A stretch of 23,542 nucleotides of DNA from IMG/VR virus record IMGVR_UViG_643348547_000006. One strand, written 5' to 3'. Shown piece by piece: positions 1 through 9,277 of the stretch. Within the stretch, counting starts at the first letter, position 1, and the number at the start of each line of letters is the position of its first letter. The translations under genes were made by a program, and so were the position numbers. The notes under the pieces were generated by a model that saw nothing but the letters and a program-made list of their open reading frames with translations, was not told the DNA's origin and did no database searches. The DNA is from a virus. Its lineage: Duplodnaviria > Heunggongvirae > Uroviricota > Caudoviricetes.

Positions 1-219
1 TCAAAGAGAGAGCGCCACCTGTCCTGATTTCATTGGATGCGGCTGAACCGGATTTGACTCTTTTGGCGTTGCAATCGAACGAACAAAAGTTTCATGGGTA
101 ACAAAAGTATGGCTGCAGTTAATGTTCTGGCACTGGTTGTAACGCTCTTTGGTCAATGAAGATACCTGAAAACTGCTGCGAGTATGGGCGGCACTTCCAC
201 ACAGTGGGCAAATCATCAT
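1..219 (-). CDS. ogr: Ogr/Delta-family zinc-finger late-gene transcription activator
   Basis: ORF 1..252 (-) contains CPLCG...CQNINCSHTF, a C-x2-C...C-x4-C zinc-finger pattern resembling P2 Ogr (72 aa). Start placed at the internal ATG (MMICPLCG, 217-219) with GGAG about 10 nt upstream; the ORF's first codon is GTG. Stop TGA at 1-3. Confidence 0.85.
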   Translation of the reverse strand: MMICPLCGSAAHTRSSFQVSSLTKERYNQCQNINCSHTFVTHETFVRSIATPKESNPVQPHPMKSGQVALSL

Positions 220-309
220 TTTTCGAGCTCTCCCCATTTTTGCTAAATTCACAATAATGATACCGCATTATTCCATTTTGCAAACTTAAAAGTTCTCCAT
301 TGCGAAGAA

Positions 310-1410
310 TCATTCCATTTCGAAATCATCAATCCTCACTTCAAGCTCCAGACTGGTTGTAAAACCGTTATCCGGGCTGACGGTATGTGTCAGAGTCGTA
401 ATGGTCCATTCCGCATCATCTATCGGCTGTTTAAAACCACTGACCTTCACAGGCATTTCCGTGTAGAGATCTGCCCGCCCTTCTGCCAGTTGTAGCGAAA
501 ATGACGCAACGCCGCGTTGCAGGCGTTCCCACTGCATTTTCGCCGCTCGTTCGGCGTTGCTCCGGTTGGCATAAGTGCGATTAAGTACCAGCACGTTTTC
601 ATCCGTACCCACCAGGTAATCGCCCTGCTTCGCTTCTGGCTCTTTCTTCTGCTTCTTAGTTCTGCGCTTACGCTTCACCGTGGTGCTTTCTTTCTTCGCA
701 GGTTCGCGGGTATGCAACCAGCTGGCAATTACGCCCGTGTAGGCTCCGCGATCTGCCAGGGTAAATCGGTGACTGTCGCCGTCCTTGCGTGTGATAGTGA
801 TCACTGGCAGAGGTTTACCAGTGGCGCTTTTGCCCTGCCCCTGCCGGATGAATAACAGATTGCCATTTTTCACCGACGCGATGGCACCGTACTGTCGCGC
901 CAGCCGCATCAGAAAACTGCCGTCACTCTCATTAGTCTGGTCTATATGCTCCACGGGCTTATCCGACAGGTCTTTACCCAGTGCCATCTTCAGCTTGTGC
1001 CGCGCGGCTATTTCCTTCACCACTTCCCCGACGGTGGTCTTATGCCACGATTTTTCACGGCGGGTATTCAGCGTTTCCCGAAAATCAGCACTTCGCGCCC
1101 GGATAGTCAGGCGGTCCGGTGCGCCAGTGTGTTCAATCTCGTCCACTGTGAATGCCCCTTTCGGGAAAAGCGGCTGCCCCTTCCAGCCCAGCGCCAGCGT
1201 AATAACCGCACCACGGCGCGGCAGCACGATTTTTCCGTCAGCGTCATCCAGCTCCAGATCAAGCTGGTCCGCTTCAAAGCCCCGGTTATCCGTCAGCGTC
1301 AAACTCATCAGGCGGTTATCCAGCACAGTGGTGATATCCCTGCCCTCAATACTGATGCTGAATGCGGGAGTTTTGTTGCCTTTGTTAAGCAGTTCAGAGC
1401 TGAAATTCAC
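310..1410 (-). CDS. D: P2 gpD-like tail protein
   Basis: 366-aa ORF lying between U and ogr as in P2; overlaps the U stop (GTGA). The ORF begins with GTG; true start not resolved. Confidence 0.8.
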   Translation of the reverse strand: MNFSSELLNKGNKTPAFSISIEGRDITTVLDNRLMSLTLTDNRGFEADQLDLELDDADGKIVLPRRGAVITLALGWKGQPLFPKGAFTVDEIEHTGAPDRLTIRARSADFRETLNTRREKSWHKTTVGEVVKEIAARHKLKMALGKDLSDKPVEHIDQTNESDGSFLMRLARQYGAIASVKNGNLLFIRQGQGKSATGKPLPVITITRKDGDSHRFTLADRGAYTGVIASWLHTREPAKKESTTVKRKRRTKKQKKEPEAKQGDYLVGTDENVLVLNRTYANRSNAERAAKMQWERLQRGVASFSLQLAEGRADLYTEMPVKVSGFKQPIDDAEWTITTLTHTVSPDNGFTTSLELEVRIDDFEME

Positions 1411-1892
1411 GACAGCAGCCCTCCCACCGTTTTACTGATATCGCTTAAGGCAGACGTTGCCGTGTCCTGCAGATTATTCAGTTGCGCACTGAGATCACCG
1501 AACATATCGGACAGGGATTCATCCACTCGTTTGAGCGACAGGGTGAACTCAATCCGGCGCGGCATACCGTCGCGGAAAAACTCCGTTTTAGTCTGATTCA
1601 GTCCCTCAATCACATACATGCCGTAAATCGTGCCGCTGCCTTCAATCAGGGGCCATGCTTTCCCCTGTTCTGCCATCTGCTCCAGTGCCAGCAACGACAG
1701 CCTGCCGCCTGTTATTTCCGGCATAAGAACACCGGAAAGCGTCAGCATGTCGTTTTCCGGTCCCAGAAACTGCGTGGACGGACGTCGGTTTACCCGACTG
1801 TTTGCCGCATGTCGCCAGCTGCGTTGATACTGCAGTTCCTGATACGGAACGGTGCGCAGCATAAACACGTACAATCCCAGCACCATCATCAT
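1407..1892 (-). CDS. U: P2 gpU-like tail protein
   Basis: 161-aa ORF; ATG at 1890-1892 overlaps the T stop (ATGA coupling); position between T and D matches P2. Confidence 0.85.
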   Translation of the reverse strand: MMMVLGLYVFMLRTVPYQELQYQRSWRHAANSRVNRRPSTQFLGPENDMLTLSGVLMPEITGGRLSLLALEQMAEQGKAWPLIEGSGTIYGMYVIEGLNQTKTEFFRDGMPRRIEFTLSLKRVDESLSDMFGDLSAQLNNLQDTATSALSDISKTVGGLLS

Positions 1893-4800
1893 GCGTCGTA
1901 TCCCCCCTGATCGCTGTAGTTACTCCTGGCTTTTGCCTTCAGCCTGCGTTCACGTTCATCAAGCTGGCGTGCCACCTCCCGCGCAATATCCTGCGCACTT
2001 TGTCCTGGCTGCGTCTGAATAATGATCTGCGTCGGTGCCTCAATCCGTTGAACGAGCGGCACAGTGGCTGCGCGACTCACAATTGCTTCTCCACCTTTCG
2101 CGGGAAGTGCCAAAGGGTGCAACGGTGGAAGCTCTGCTGGCGCGGCAGCAACGCCCATCATTCCGGCAACAACGGCAGCCAGTGCAGCTGTATTTCTCCG
2201 GCTGGTCACATTTGCCGGGCCGTTAACAATTTCCGGCCCGTTTTCACCGACGATGCCAAACTGCCCTCGCGGGATATACCCGCCGCTGTCATACATCCCC
2301 GCAAAGCCATATCCCCATGATGGAAAACCACCCGATGGCATCATCACTTTACCGTCTGCATTCACCGTCGCAGGTTGCTGACGCGTCACGCTTTCCGGCA
2401 GTTTTGCCTTTGCGGCCTCTTTACTGACAATGCCGAGCTTCTCCAGCAACCAGGAAACGCCGGATTTCAGGGAGTCCAGCGGATGCATGACCATATTCAG
2501 CCCTTCCGCCAGTGCCTCCCCGAATCGCCGCCCCATTGCCGCTGCACTCTGCAGTTCGGCAGAGGTCGACTTAACGGGCGTCAGCAGATCAGTAAACCAG
2601 CCCCACAGCGCCTGTACTTTGTCGCCAATCCACTGAAACACAGGCTTAAGTGGTTCGAATGCAGCACTGATGGGACCTGCCGCCGCTTTGAATCCTTCCA
2701 CCACGCCACCGAGAAATGCGGTGATGGGTTGCCAGTATTTCCAGACAACCAGCGCCACGCCCGCCAGTGCAGTAACCACAAGACCTATCGGACTGAGCAG
2801 AGCACCTAACAGACCAGATATGGCATACAGGGCAACGCGCAGCATCGCCAGCGGACCAGATGCAAGCACACGAAGCACCGCGCCTGCGGCAGCCAGTCCA
2901 CCGCGCAGTACCGCCAGAGGATTCATAAACATCACAGCAACAGCACGTAAACCGGATAATCCAGACCGCAAAAGTGCAACCGGCGCACCTGCTACAGTTT
3001 TAAGGACATTTCCCGTCAGTGATGCCGTGCGGCGCAAAGACGACAACGGCGCAGTAAGTAAACCTGCGGCGTTGCCCGATGAAGCAAGCCCGCGTCGCAG
3101 CAGTGCCAGTGGTGCGCCAGCCAGCCAGGACAACGCGCTGCTGGTTCGAGTTACTGCTGCCGTAACGGAAGATAACGTTTTGATACCCAGCACAGAGAAT
3201 CCCAGACGGATCACTGCCAGCGGCCCCAGCACTGCAGCCAGCGCCACCGCTAAGGTGCCGAGGCCGACGGTAACCGCAGCCACAACAGCCGATGCTTTCA
3301 TCAGTGTGCCTGTCAGTTCCGGGTTAGCTTCCACCCAGCGACGCAACGCCCCCGTGACGCTTTTCACCGTGTACAGAATATCCATCAGCGGCTGGCGCAG
3401 CGTTTCGCCCAGGCTGCTGAAGGTGTTCTGCGCTCCGGTTTTGACCAGCAACCACTGCGCAGAAAGTGAATCCTTGTTAATGTCGGATTCTTTCTGCATG
3501 GAGCCGAGCGCATCATTGCCCGCTGTCAGTTTTAACTGACGCTGCAGTTCCGGCAGGTTGTTTGCCAGTTTCGCCGCGTCATCGCCAAACTCTTTACCAA
3601 ACAACATAGTCATGGCAGACAGGCGCTTGTCCTGCGGCAGCGCGTTTACCTTCTCCAGCACGCGCTGGATGGTTCCCATCGCATCCTTCGTCATCTGCTT
3701 TTCAATCACTTCAGGATTGAGTTTCAGCAGATTCATCCCTTCAAAGAAACTTTTGCTTTGCATGGTGGCAATGGACAATTCACACACCATCGCGTTTGCT
3801 GCACTGGCTGCAACCTCTGGCGCAGCGCCCAGTGTCAGGAAGGTGGAACCCAGCGCCGCCGCTTTACGATAATCCAGACGGTCAGCCACACCGCCCAGAC
3901 GTTGCATCACATCAATGATGTCTGCCCCTTTCGACATGGCGTTATCATCCAGATAGTTCAGCGCATCACCGAGCTGTTCAATATTGCGGGTGGGGATTTT
4001 GTAGAGCTGGGCGATTTTCCCCAGACTTTCTGACAGTTCATCCGCTGGCAGCTCAAAGGCTGTTGCCGCCTTTGCTGCCGTACTGGCGAAGGCCAGCAGG
4101 TCACGTTTCTGATCTTCCCAACTGTCGTCAGGGTTTGCGACGTTCATGCGCGCGCCACCTTCAACCAGTGCAGCGAAATCCACAGCACCGTTTTCCATCG
4201 GCAACTGTTCGCTGGCAGCCTTGATGGCATCCTGCATTTCATAAAAACGTGCAGTGCGGTTGCCATTATCGTCACGCAGACCATTGACCTGCTTTGCCAC
4301 ACCTTTCATGGCATCTTCCATGCTGGTATAGCTTTTTACTGCCGCCATCACTGGTGCGCCCATTGCCAGCCCTGCAGCCGTGGTGGTGGCTCCGGCACCT
4401 GCAATACGATCACGCACCTCCAGCGAACGGGCATAACTGGCACGCGCTGCATTCATCCTGCGCTGAGCTTCCCCCAGTCGCTTCAGCCGCGCCTCCTGTT
4501 TCGAAAGTTCCTGGTTATAACGTGATGTTTCACGGGCTAAACGGGCAGTTGCTCCCGCATCGTCTTTCGCAGAAATTCCCGCCCGGTACAGTTCAGCACG
4601 CACAAGCGCCGTCTGCTGCTGCAGCTTTTTCTGGCGTTCTTCCAGGCGCTGAACAGCCAGCCGTTGACGGCCCAGAGCAACAACCTGACGTTGCGAAGGC
4701 GGCCCCATCGCTCCCAGTTCCTGACTGAGCAAATTTGCACGCTGGCGGGCATAGTTCAGCCTGTCGCCTAATTTCTGATTTTCTGCCTGCAGCTTTCGGA

Positions 4801-4966
4801 AGCTGTCCAGACTGCTCCCGGCCTGATCAAGCTGCTTTATTGCATCGCGGGATTTTTTGACAGCAGCAGCCAGTTCTCTTGAACTGGCCTGCGCAGATCG
4901 AAATGGGCGGGTGAGCTTGTCAACCGCATTAAGAATGACCTGCAGACGCAGGTTGTTATCACTCAT
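1889..4966 (-). CDS. T: Tail tape measure protein
   Basis: 1025-aa ORF with a coiled-coil-like N-terminal region, a Gly/Ala/Leu-rich hydrophobic core with ~22-aa tandem repeats, and a C-terminal region; immediately downstream of E/E'. ATG at 4964-4966. Confidence 0.9.
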   Translation of the reverse strand: MSDNNLRLQVILNAVDKLTRPFRSAQASSRELAAAVKKSRDAIKQLDQAGSSLDSFRKLQAENQKLGDRLNYARQRANLLSQELGAMGPPSQRQVVALGRQRLAVQRLEERQKKLQQQTALVRAELYRAGISAKDDAGATARLARETSRYNQELSKQEARLKRLGEAQRRMNAARASYARSLEVRDRIAGAGATTTAAGLAMGAPVMAAVKSYTSMEDAMKGVAKQVNGLRDDNGNRTARFYEMQDAIKAASEQLPMENGAVDFAALVEGGARMNVANPDDSWEDQKRDLLAFASTAAKAATAFELPADELSESLGKIAQLYKIPTRNIEQLGDALNYLDDNAMSKGADIIDVMQRLGGVADRLDYRKAAALGSTFLTLGAAPEVAASAANAMVCELSIATMQSKSFFEGMNLLKLNPEVIEKQMTKDAMGTIQRVLEKVNALPQDKRLSAMTMLFGKEFGDDAAKLANNLPELQRQLKLTAGNDALGSMQKESDINKDSLSAQWLLVKTGAQNTFSSLGETLRQPLMDILYTVKSVTGALRRWVEANPELTGTLMKASAVVAAVTVGLGTLAVALAAVLGPLAVIRLGFSVLGIKTLSSVTAAVTRTSSALSWLAGAPLALLRRGLASSGNAAGLLTAPLSSLRRTASLTGNVLKTVAGAPVALLRSGLSGLRAVAVMFMNPLAVLRGGLAAAGAVLRVLASGPLAMLRVALYAISGLLGALLSPIGLVVTALAGVALVVWKYWQPITAFLGGVVEGFKAAAGPISAAFEPLKPVFQWIGDKVQALWGWFTDLLTPVKSTSAELQSAAAMGRRFGEALAEGLNMVMHPLDSLKSGVSWLLEKLGIVSKEAAKAKLPESVTRQQPATVNADGKVMMPSGGFPSWGYGFAGMYDSGGYIPRGQFGIVGENGPEIVNGPANVTSRRNTAALAAVVAGMMGVAAAPAELPPLHPLALPAKGGEAIVSRAATVPLVQRIEAPTQIIIQTQPGQSAQDIAREVARQLDERERRLKAKARSNYSDQGGYDA

Positions 4967-5395
4967 CGTTGGCCCCGCTTCTCTGAATCGCTTTATACCG
5001 CCATTCCAGCACTTCGGTCAGCGGCATAACGTCAGTAACGGATGGCGGCCAGTGAAAAATGGTGGCGATATCTGCCACCAGATCGTCAACCGTCAGGCTG
5101 TCGGTAAACCGGCAAGCACCGACTTCTTCAACAAAAAAGTGACAACCTCAACCGACATGGCAGTGAGATCTGCCGGGTCCATCTCTGCAATTTCCTGTGC
5201 AGTCAGTGCCGGACTGGAGATGCGGGGGATCACGGTCATCATCGCGTTTACATCCATATCCATAATGGCCTGCAGGCGTGTACCGCGCAGCGCACCGGAC
5301 TGCGGTTTACGCAGCACAATTTCGGTGATTTCTGTTTTACCGCGCTTGATGGGGGTATCCAGTTGAATGGTCTTTTCAGTCTGCTTATCGCTCAT
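4959..5395 (-). CDS. E+E': Tail assembly chaperone gpE+E' (-1 programmed frameshift product)
   Basis: Slippery heptamer T-TTT-TTG on the minus strand at 5138..5132. Hand translation of the -1 frame from 5132 gives an open extension of about 57 codons (VEEVGACRFTDSLTVDDLVADIATIFHWPPSVTDVMPLTEVLEWRYKAIQRSGANDE) ending at TGA 4959-4961, which overlaps the T start (ATGAGTGA), as in P2. Confidence 0.7.
5093..5395 (-). CDS. E: Tail assembly chaperone gpE
   Basis: 100-aa ORF ending ...VTFLLKKSVLAGLPTA; ATG at 5393-5395 with AGGA upstream; contains the slippery site near its 3' end. Confidence 0.85.
   Translation of the reverse strand: MSDKQTEKTIQLDTPIKRGKTEITEIVLRKPQSGALRGTRLQAIMDMDVNAMMTVIPRISSPALTAQEIAEMDPADLTAMSVEVVTFLLKKSVLAGLPTA
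5132..5138 (-). other. -1 ribosomal frameshift slippery site (TTTTTTG)
   Basis: Plus strand reads caaaaaa at 5132-5138, i.e. TTTTTTG on the coding strand, in frame as T.TTT.TTG within E. Confidence 0.7.
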
Positions 5396-5449
5396 TTTGC
5401 TGTCCTGTCAATTGGGTTCTGGCGCGGTATCCCGCGCCGTTCAGATATA

Positions 5450-5965
5450 TCAGAGGCCGAGGGCGTTGCGGTGCGCTTCCATCAGGTCCACACCGTCCAC
5501 AATTTCCACCATGTTGATAAGGTCCACTTCATAGAGCACCTCACCATTGATGGTCAGCTTCGCGTAGCTGTTGGTACTGGTCACTTTGGTGGTGTTGCTT
5601 TCGCCCGTCTTCCACTCGCCGGAATCCACTTCTTTGTGACGTCCACGCACGACAAGCTCCACGGCCTGCACTTCCCCGGTATCGTCACGCTGAATAGAGC
5701 CGGTAAAGCGCAGCTGGATGCCATCCACCGTGGCTTTACCCATCTGTTTAAACAGCAGCAATTCAGTACCACCAATGGAAAATTCTGTATCCAGCGCACT
5801 GTCATCAAGCCCCAGATCCACATCCACCGCACCCGGCATTCCGCCGCCGCGATACTTCTCATATTTGCGGGTAAATTTCGGCAGCGTCAGCGACTCAACG
5901 ATCCCCTGCCAGTTGTTCCCGTCGTTAAACAGGTTCAGGTGTTTTAATTTGCGTGGTAAAGCCAT
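5450..5965 (-). CDS. FII: Tail tube protein gpFII
   Basis: 171-aa ORF directly downstream of the sheath gene; ATG 5963-5965 with AAGGGGA upstream. Confidence 0.9.
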   Translation of the reverse strand: MALPRKLKHLNLFNDGNNWQGIVESLTLPKFTRKYEKYRGGGMPGAVDVDLGLDDSALDTEFSIGGTELLLFKQMGKATVDGIQLRFTGSIQRDDTGEVQAVELVVRGRHKEVDSGEWKTGESNTTKVTSTNSYAKLTINGEVLYEVDLINMVEIVDGVDLMEAHRNALGL

Positions 5966-5974
5966 GTTGTCCCC

Positions 5975-7147
5975 TTACGCGCTGACCTGGCTGGCGAAAT
6001 TAACCAGGTACTGATCGGTGATGCGCTGACGCAGCATCAGGTTTTCAAGTGGCGGCACTGGCGTGTAGTCGTAGTCGATGGTGAGTTTTCCGGCTTTCAG
6101 CGTGTCTTTGTCGTTCACCGACTCATCCAGCCAGCAATCACCACCAATGAGATAGCCCTGACTGACCAGGCTGCGCATTTTGGCGCGGATACCTTCGATA
6201 ATGTCGCGGGCCAGCGACGGGTTAAGCGGTTTATCCACCGCCCACATGTGTGCTTCTGCCATCGTGTCCATCAGCACCTGCGCCGTGCGGGTGTAGTTTT
6301 CGAAGGCAAAGAGCGGGTCATCACTCAGGCAGCGGGAACCCCAGAAGCGGAAACCGTCTTTACGCACAAGCGTGGTGACGTCGTTCTGGTTCAGCAGACC
6401 TGCATCGGTTGCCGGGTCCTGCAGATCCCAGAACACATCTGCAGAAATTCCGGTGACACCGTTCACGCCCACGTTGGACAGGCTTTTGTGCCATCCGGTC
6501 TGCTCGTCAATTTTGGCGCGCAGACCAAGCGCACGGGCGGTGGCATATGCCGTTGCTTCGGCATTCAGCACCGTGTCCCAGCCAGTAAAGTCAGGCCAGA
6601 TCAGCATCCCTTCGCGCTGGCTGAAGTTTTCGCGGTAAGTGATCGCCTCCTGCACTGTCTTGCAGCCATACGCTGACAGGTAAGCAAATCCACGCAGGCT
6701 TTGCGCCACGCTCAGCAACTCAGTAGCTACCGCCTTGGTGTCGTGGCCTGGCACGCCGAGAATGCGCGGTTTAACGCCGAGCTGTGACTGGGCAGATAAC
6801 AGGGCTTTCATACCTGTTTTTTTACCTTCAGCAGTCACTGCGCCGATGATATTGGTCGTGGTTTCGTCTTCCGTTTCACCCTGCGGCACACGCACAACAA
6901 TGGTCACGGGTTTTGCCTGGTCAGCGATGGCATCCAGCGAACGGGCCAGAGTACCTGACTCACCCGCTTTACCGCTGGCAGTCAGCACATCAGTGATCAG
7001 CACGGGTTTATTAAGAGGAAACATTTTTGCATCGGCATCATCGCCCGTGCAGACCATACCCACGATGGCGGTGCTCACCGTGGTAATAGATCGGGTACCT
7101 TCGTTGACTTCAACAACGCGCACCCCGTGGTGGTAATCCTGAGCCAT
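5975..7147 (-). CDS. FI: Contractile tail sheath protein gpFI
   Basis: 390-aa ORF; ATG 7145-7147 with AGGAGG 8 nt upstream; first gene of the F-E-T-U-D block. Confidence 0.9.
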   Translation of the reverse strand: MAQDYHHGVRVVEVNEGTRSITTVSTAIVGMVCTGDDADAKMFPLNKPVLITDVLTASGKAGESGTLARSLDAIADQAKPVTIVVRVPQGETEDETTTNIIGAVTAEGKKTGMKALLSAQSQLGVKPRILGVPGHDTKAVATELLSVAQSLRGFAYLSAYGCKTVQEAITYRENFSQREGMLIWPDFTGWDTVLNAEATAYATARALGLRAKIDEQTGWHKSLSNVGVNGVTGISADVFWDLQDPATDAGLLNQNDVTTLVRKDGFRFWGSRCLSDDPLFAFENYTRTAQVLMDTMAEAHMWAVDKPLNPSLARDIIEGIRAKMRSLVSQGYLIGGDCWLDESVNDKDTLKAGKLTIDYDYTPVPPLENLMLRQRITDQYLVNFASQVSA

Positions 7148-7222
7148 AGTGGCGAACCTCCTGATTGGATTAGGCTTCGCCCTATGTTGAAGTGATTGTG
7201 CCTGACAAACAGCTAAGCGCAG

Positions 7223-7242
7223 TTGTGTCGTTATTCACACAA
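7223..7242 (-). promoter_or_regulatory. Candidate Ogr-dependent late promoter element upstream of FI (TTGTGT-N8-ACACAA dyad)
   Basis: Perfect dyad ttgtgtcgttattcacacaa at 7223-7242, centred about 85 bp upstream of the FI ATG; fits the TGT-N12-ACA motif described for P2 late promoters. Confidence 0.45.
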
Positions 7243-7308
7243 AATAACGGTATTTGTCTGCTTGCAGGGATAATCAACATAATGCTGATTCAGGGGGATT
7301 CATTGATC

Positions 7309-8128
7309 GGCACTGTTGCAAAGTTAGCGATGAGGCAGCCTTTTGTCTTATTCAAAGGCCTTACATTTCAAAAACTCTGCTTACCAGGCGCATTTCGCCC
7401 AGGGGATCACCATAATAAAATGCTGAGGCCTGGCCTTTGCGTAGTGCACGCATCACCTCAATACCTTTGATGGTGGCGTAAGCCGTCTTCATGGATTTAA
7501 ATCCCAGCGTGGCGCCGATTATCCGTTTCAGTTTGCCATGATCGCATTCAATCACGTTGTTCCGGTACTTAATCTGTCGGTGTTCAACGTCAGACGGGCA
7601 CCGGCCTTCGCGTTTGAGCAGAGCAAGCGCGCGACCATAGGCGGGCGCTTTATCCGTGTTGATGAATCGCGGGATCTGCCACTTCTTCACGTTGTTGAGG
7701 ATTTTACCCAGAAACAGGTATGCAGCTTTGCTGTTACGACGGGAGGAGAGATAAAAATCGACAGTGCGGCCCCGGCTGTCGACGGCCCGGTACAGATACG
7801 CCCAGCGGCCATTGACCTTCACGTAGGTTTCATCCATGTGCCACGGGCAAAGATCGGAAGGGTTACGCCAGTACCAGCGCAGCCGTTTTTCCATTTCAGG
7901 CGCATAACGCTGAACCCAGCGGTAAATCGTGGAGTGATCGACATTCACTCCGCGTTCAGCCAGCATCTCCTGCAGCTCACGGTAACTGATGCCGTATTTG
8001 CAGTACCAGCGTACGGCCCACAGAATGATGTCACGCTGAAAATGCCGGCCTTTGAATGGGTTCATGTGCAGCTCCATCAGCAAAAAGGGATGATAAGTTT
8101 ATCACCACCGACTATTTGCAACAGCGCC
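7309..8128 (-). mobile_element. IS26-like (IS6 family) insertion sequence, copy 1, 820 bp, no target-site duplication
   Basis: Terminal 14-bp repeats GGCACTGTTGCAAA (7309-7322) and, on the other strand, GGCGCTGTTGCAAA (8115-8128); encodes the Tnp26-like transposase. Flanking octamers differ (CATTGATC vs AAAAGCGG). Confidence 0.9.
7361..8065 (-). CDS. tnp26: IS26-family DDE transposase
   Basis: 234 aa from MNPFKGRHFQRDIILWAVRWYCKYGISYRELQ..., recalled as Tnp26; ATG at 8063-8065. Translation is identical to the copy-2 transposase. Confidence 0.9.
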   Translation of the reverse strand: MNPFKGRHFQRDIILWAVRWYCKYGISYRELQEMLAERGVNVDHSTIYRWVQRYAPEMEKRLRWYWRNPSDLCPWHMDETYVKVNGRWAYLYRAVDSRGRTVDFYLSSRRNSKAAYLFLGKILNNVKKWQIPRFINTDKAPAYGRALALLKREGRCPSDVEHRQIKYRNNVIECDHGKLKRIIGATLGFKSMKTAYATIKGIEVMRALRKGQASAFYYGDPLGEMRLVSRVFEM

Positions 8129-9277
8129 AAAAGCGGCACCGTTGCATTTCAGCCAGCCTGTTGGCGGAGTGGCTGAAGGCCACGGAACAGGCACCCCAAC
8201 CGGTAATGCAGAGCCTTCTCCCAAACCAAGGTATGTGAGAAGACCAGCTACATCCTTTCCACTCAAATTGGTAAGCGTATTGTCCAGCGGTTGTTTACCT
8301 GCCAGCGCATTAAGCATTGTCGTGGCAAAGTTCGGATCATTCCCCAGTGCCACCGCCAGTTCGTTCAGTGTATCCAGTGCAGCAGGTGCAGAACCCACCA
8401 TTCCTGCAATCGCCGATTTCACAAAAGCCGTAGTGGCAATCTGTGTATTGTTGACCGACTGCGCCGCCGTGGGGGCTGTTGGCGTTCCGGTGAGTGCCGG
8501 ACTCGACAACGGTGCTTTTAGTGCCAGCGCATTGTTAATGGTGGTACTGAAATTCGGATCATTGTTAATGGCTGCGGCTATTTCTTTCAGCGTGTCCAGC
8601 GTGGCTGGCGCACCATTAATAAGGGCCGTCAGTGCCGCCTGTACAAACGCAGTGGTCGCAACCTGCGTGGTATTATTCCCCGCCGCTGGCGTTGGCGCTT
8701 TGGGGGTTCCGGTAAATGTCGGGCTGGCTTTTGGCGCGTACTGTGAATGCGGGTCCGGTGCGGCAAGATGTTTTGCCATCTGATCATCCGCGTACACCTT
8801 CAGCTCCAGTGCCTTGTCATCCACATACTTGCGGGTTGCCAGCACTACAGCAGGGTCGATTTTCAGGGTGATATTGTCCGTGCTGCTGGTAATCAGCACC
8901 ATGCGCACGGTCTGAGTGCGCCCGCTACCTTCAGCCAGTTGCGGCTTATAGCTTTCCGGGCAGTTGCCCACGGCAATCAATGCACCTGACTCATCAAACA
9001 GGCCCACTTCACGTATCCACCAACCGCCCTCGTTTTCAGGGATCACCTGTTCGGCAATAATCTGGCTGCTGTTCTGCGGGTCGATATAAAGCATATTCAG
9101 CGCAGCCCGGCGTTTCTCATTTACCAGTGCCGTCTGCTTTGCGTCCGGCGTTGGCAATACTCCACCGCCATCGCCCACCGCCATATGGGTAATTTTTAGC
9201 GGCACACCGAGCGCGGCGGCGCTGGCAAGTTTCGCCGCGCCAATATCCGTCAGCAGGGTATAAAATTTTGTGCTCAT
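8129..9277 (-). pseudogene. H: Tail fibre protein gpH, 3'-truncated by IS26
   Basis: ORF 8102..9277 has a P2 H-like N-terminus (MSTKF...MAVGDGGG...ESYKPQLAEGSGR...) and reaches ...PVPWPSATPPTGWLKCNGAAF; its last 8 residues (GAVANSRW) and stop are encoded by the IS26 end. About 380 aa remain versus roughly 670 aa in P2 H. Confidence 0.8.

Noticed and set aside
220-309. Possible sigma70 promoter for ogr (TTGCAA ... TATCAT on the minus strand) in the D-ogr spacer
   Set aside because: Spacer is 15 nt with the best -10 candidate, and other combinations have weak -10 hexamers; not supportable without comparison to the P2 ogr promoter.
2670-3539. 289-aa plus-strand ORF, and similar long ORFs at 785..1438, 946..1596, 9989..10876, 15300..15818 and 16185..16847
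   Set aside because: All lie antisense to well-supported phage structural genes in GC-rich sequence and have low-complexity, Arg/Ala/Pro-rich translations typical of spurious antisense frames.
7309-7330. IS26 outward-facing -35 (TTGCAA) forming hybrid promoters toward FI or toward the P 3' fragment and Q
   Set aside because: No acceptable -10 hexamer lies 16-18 nt downstream in the flanking DNA at either the 7309 or the 19646 end.
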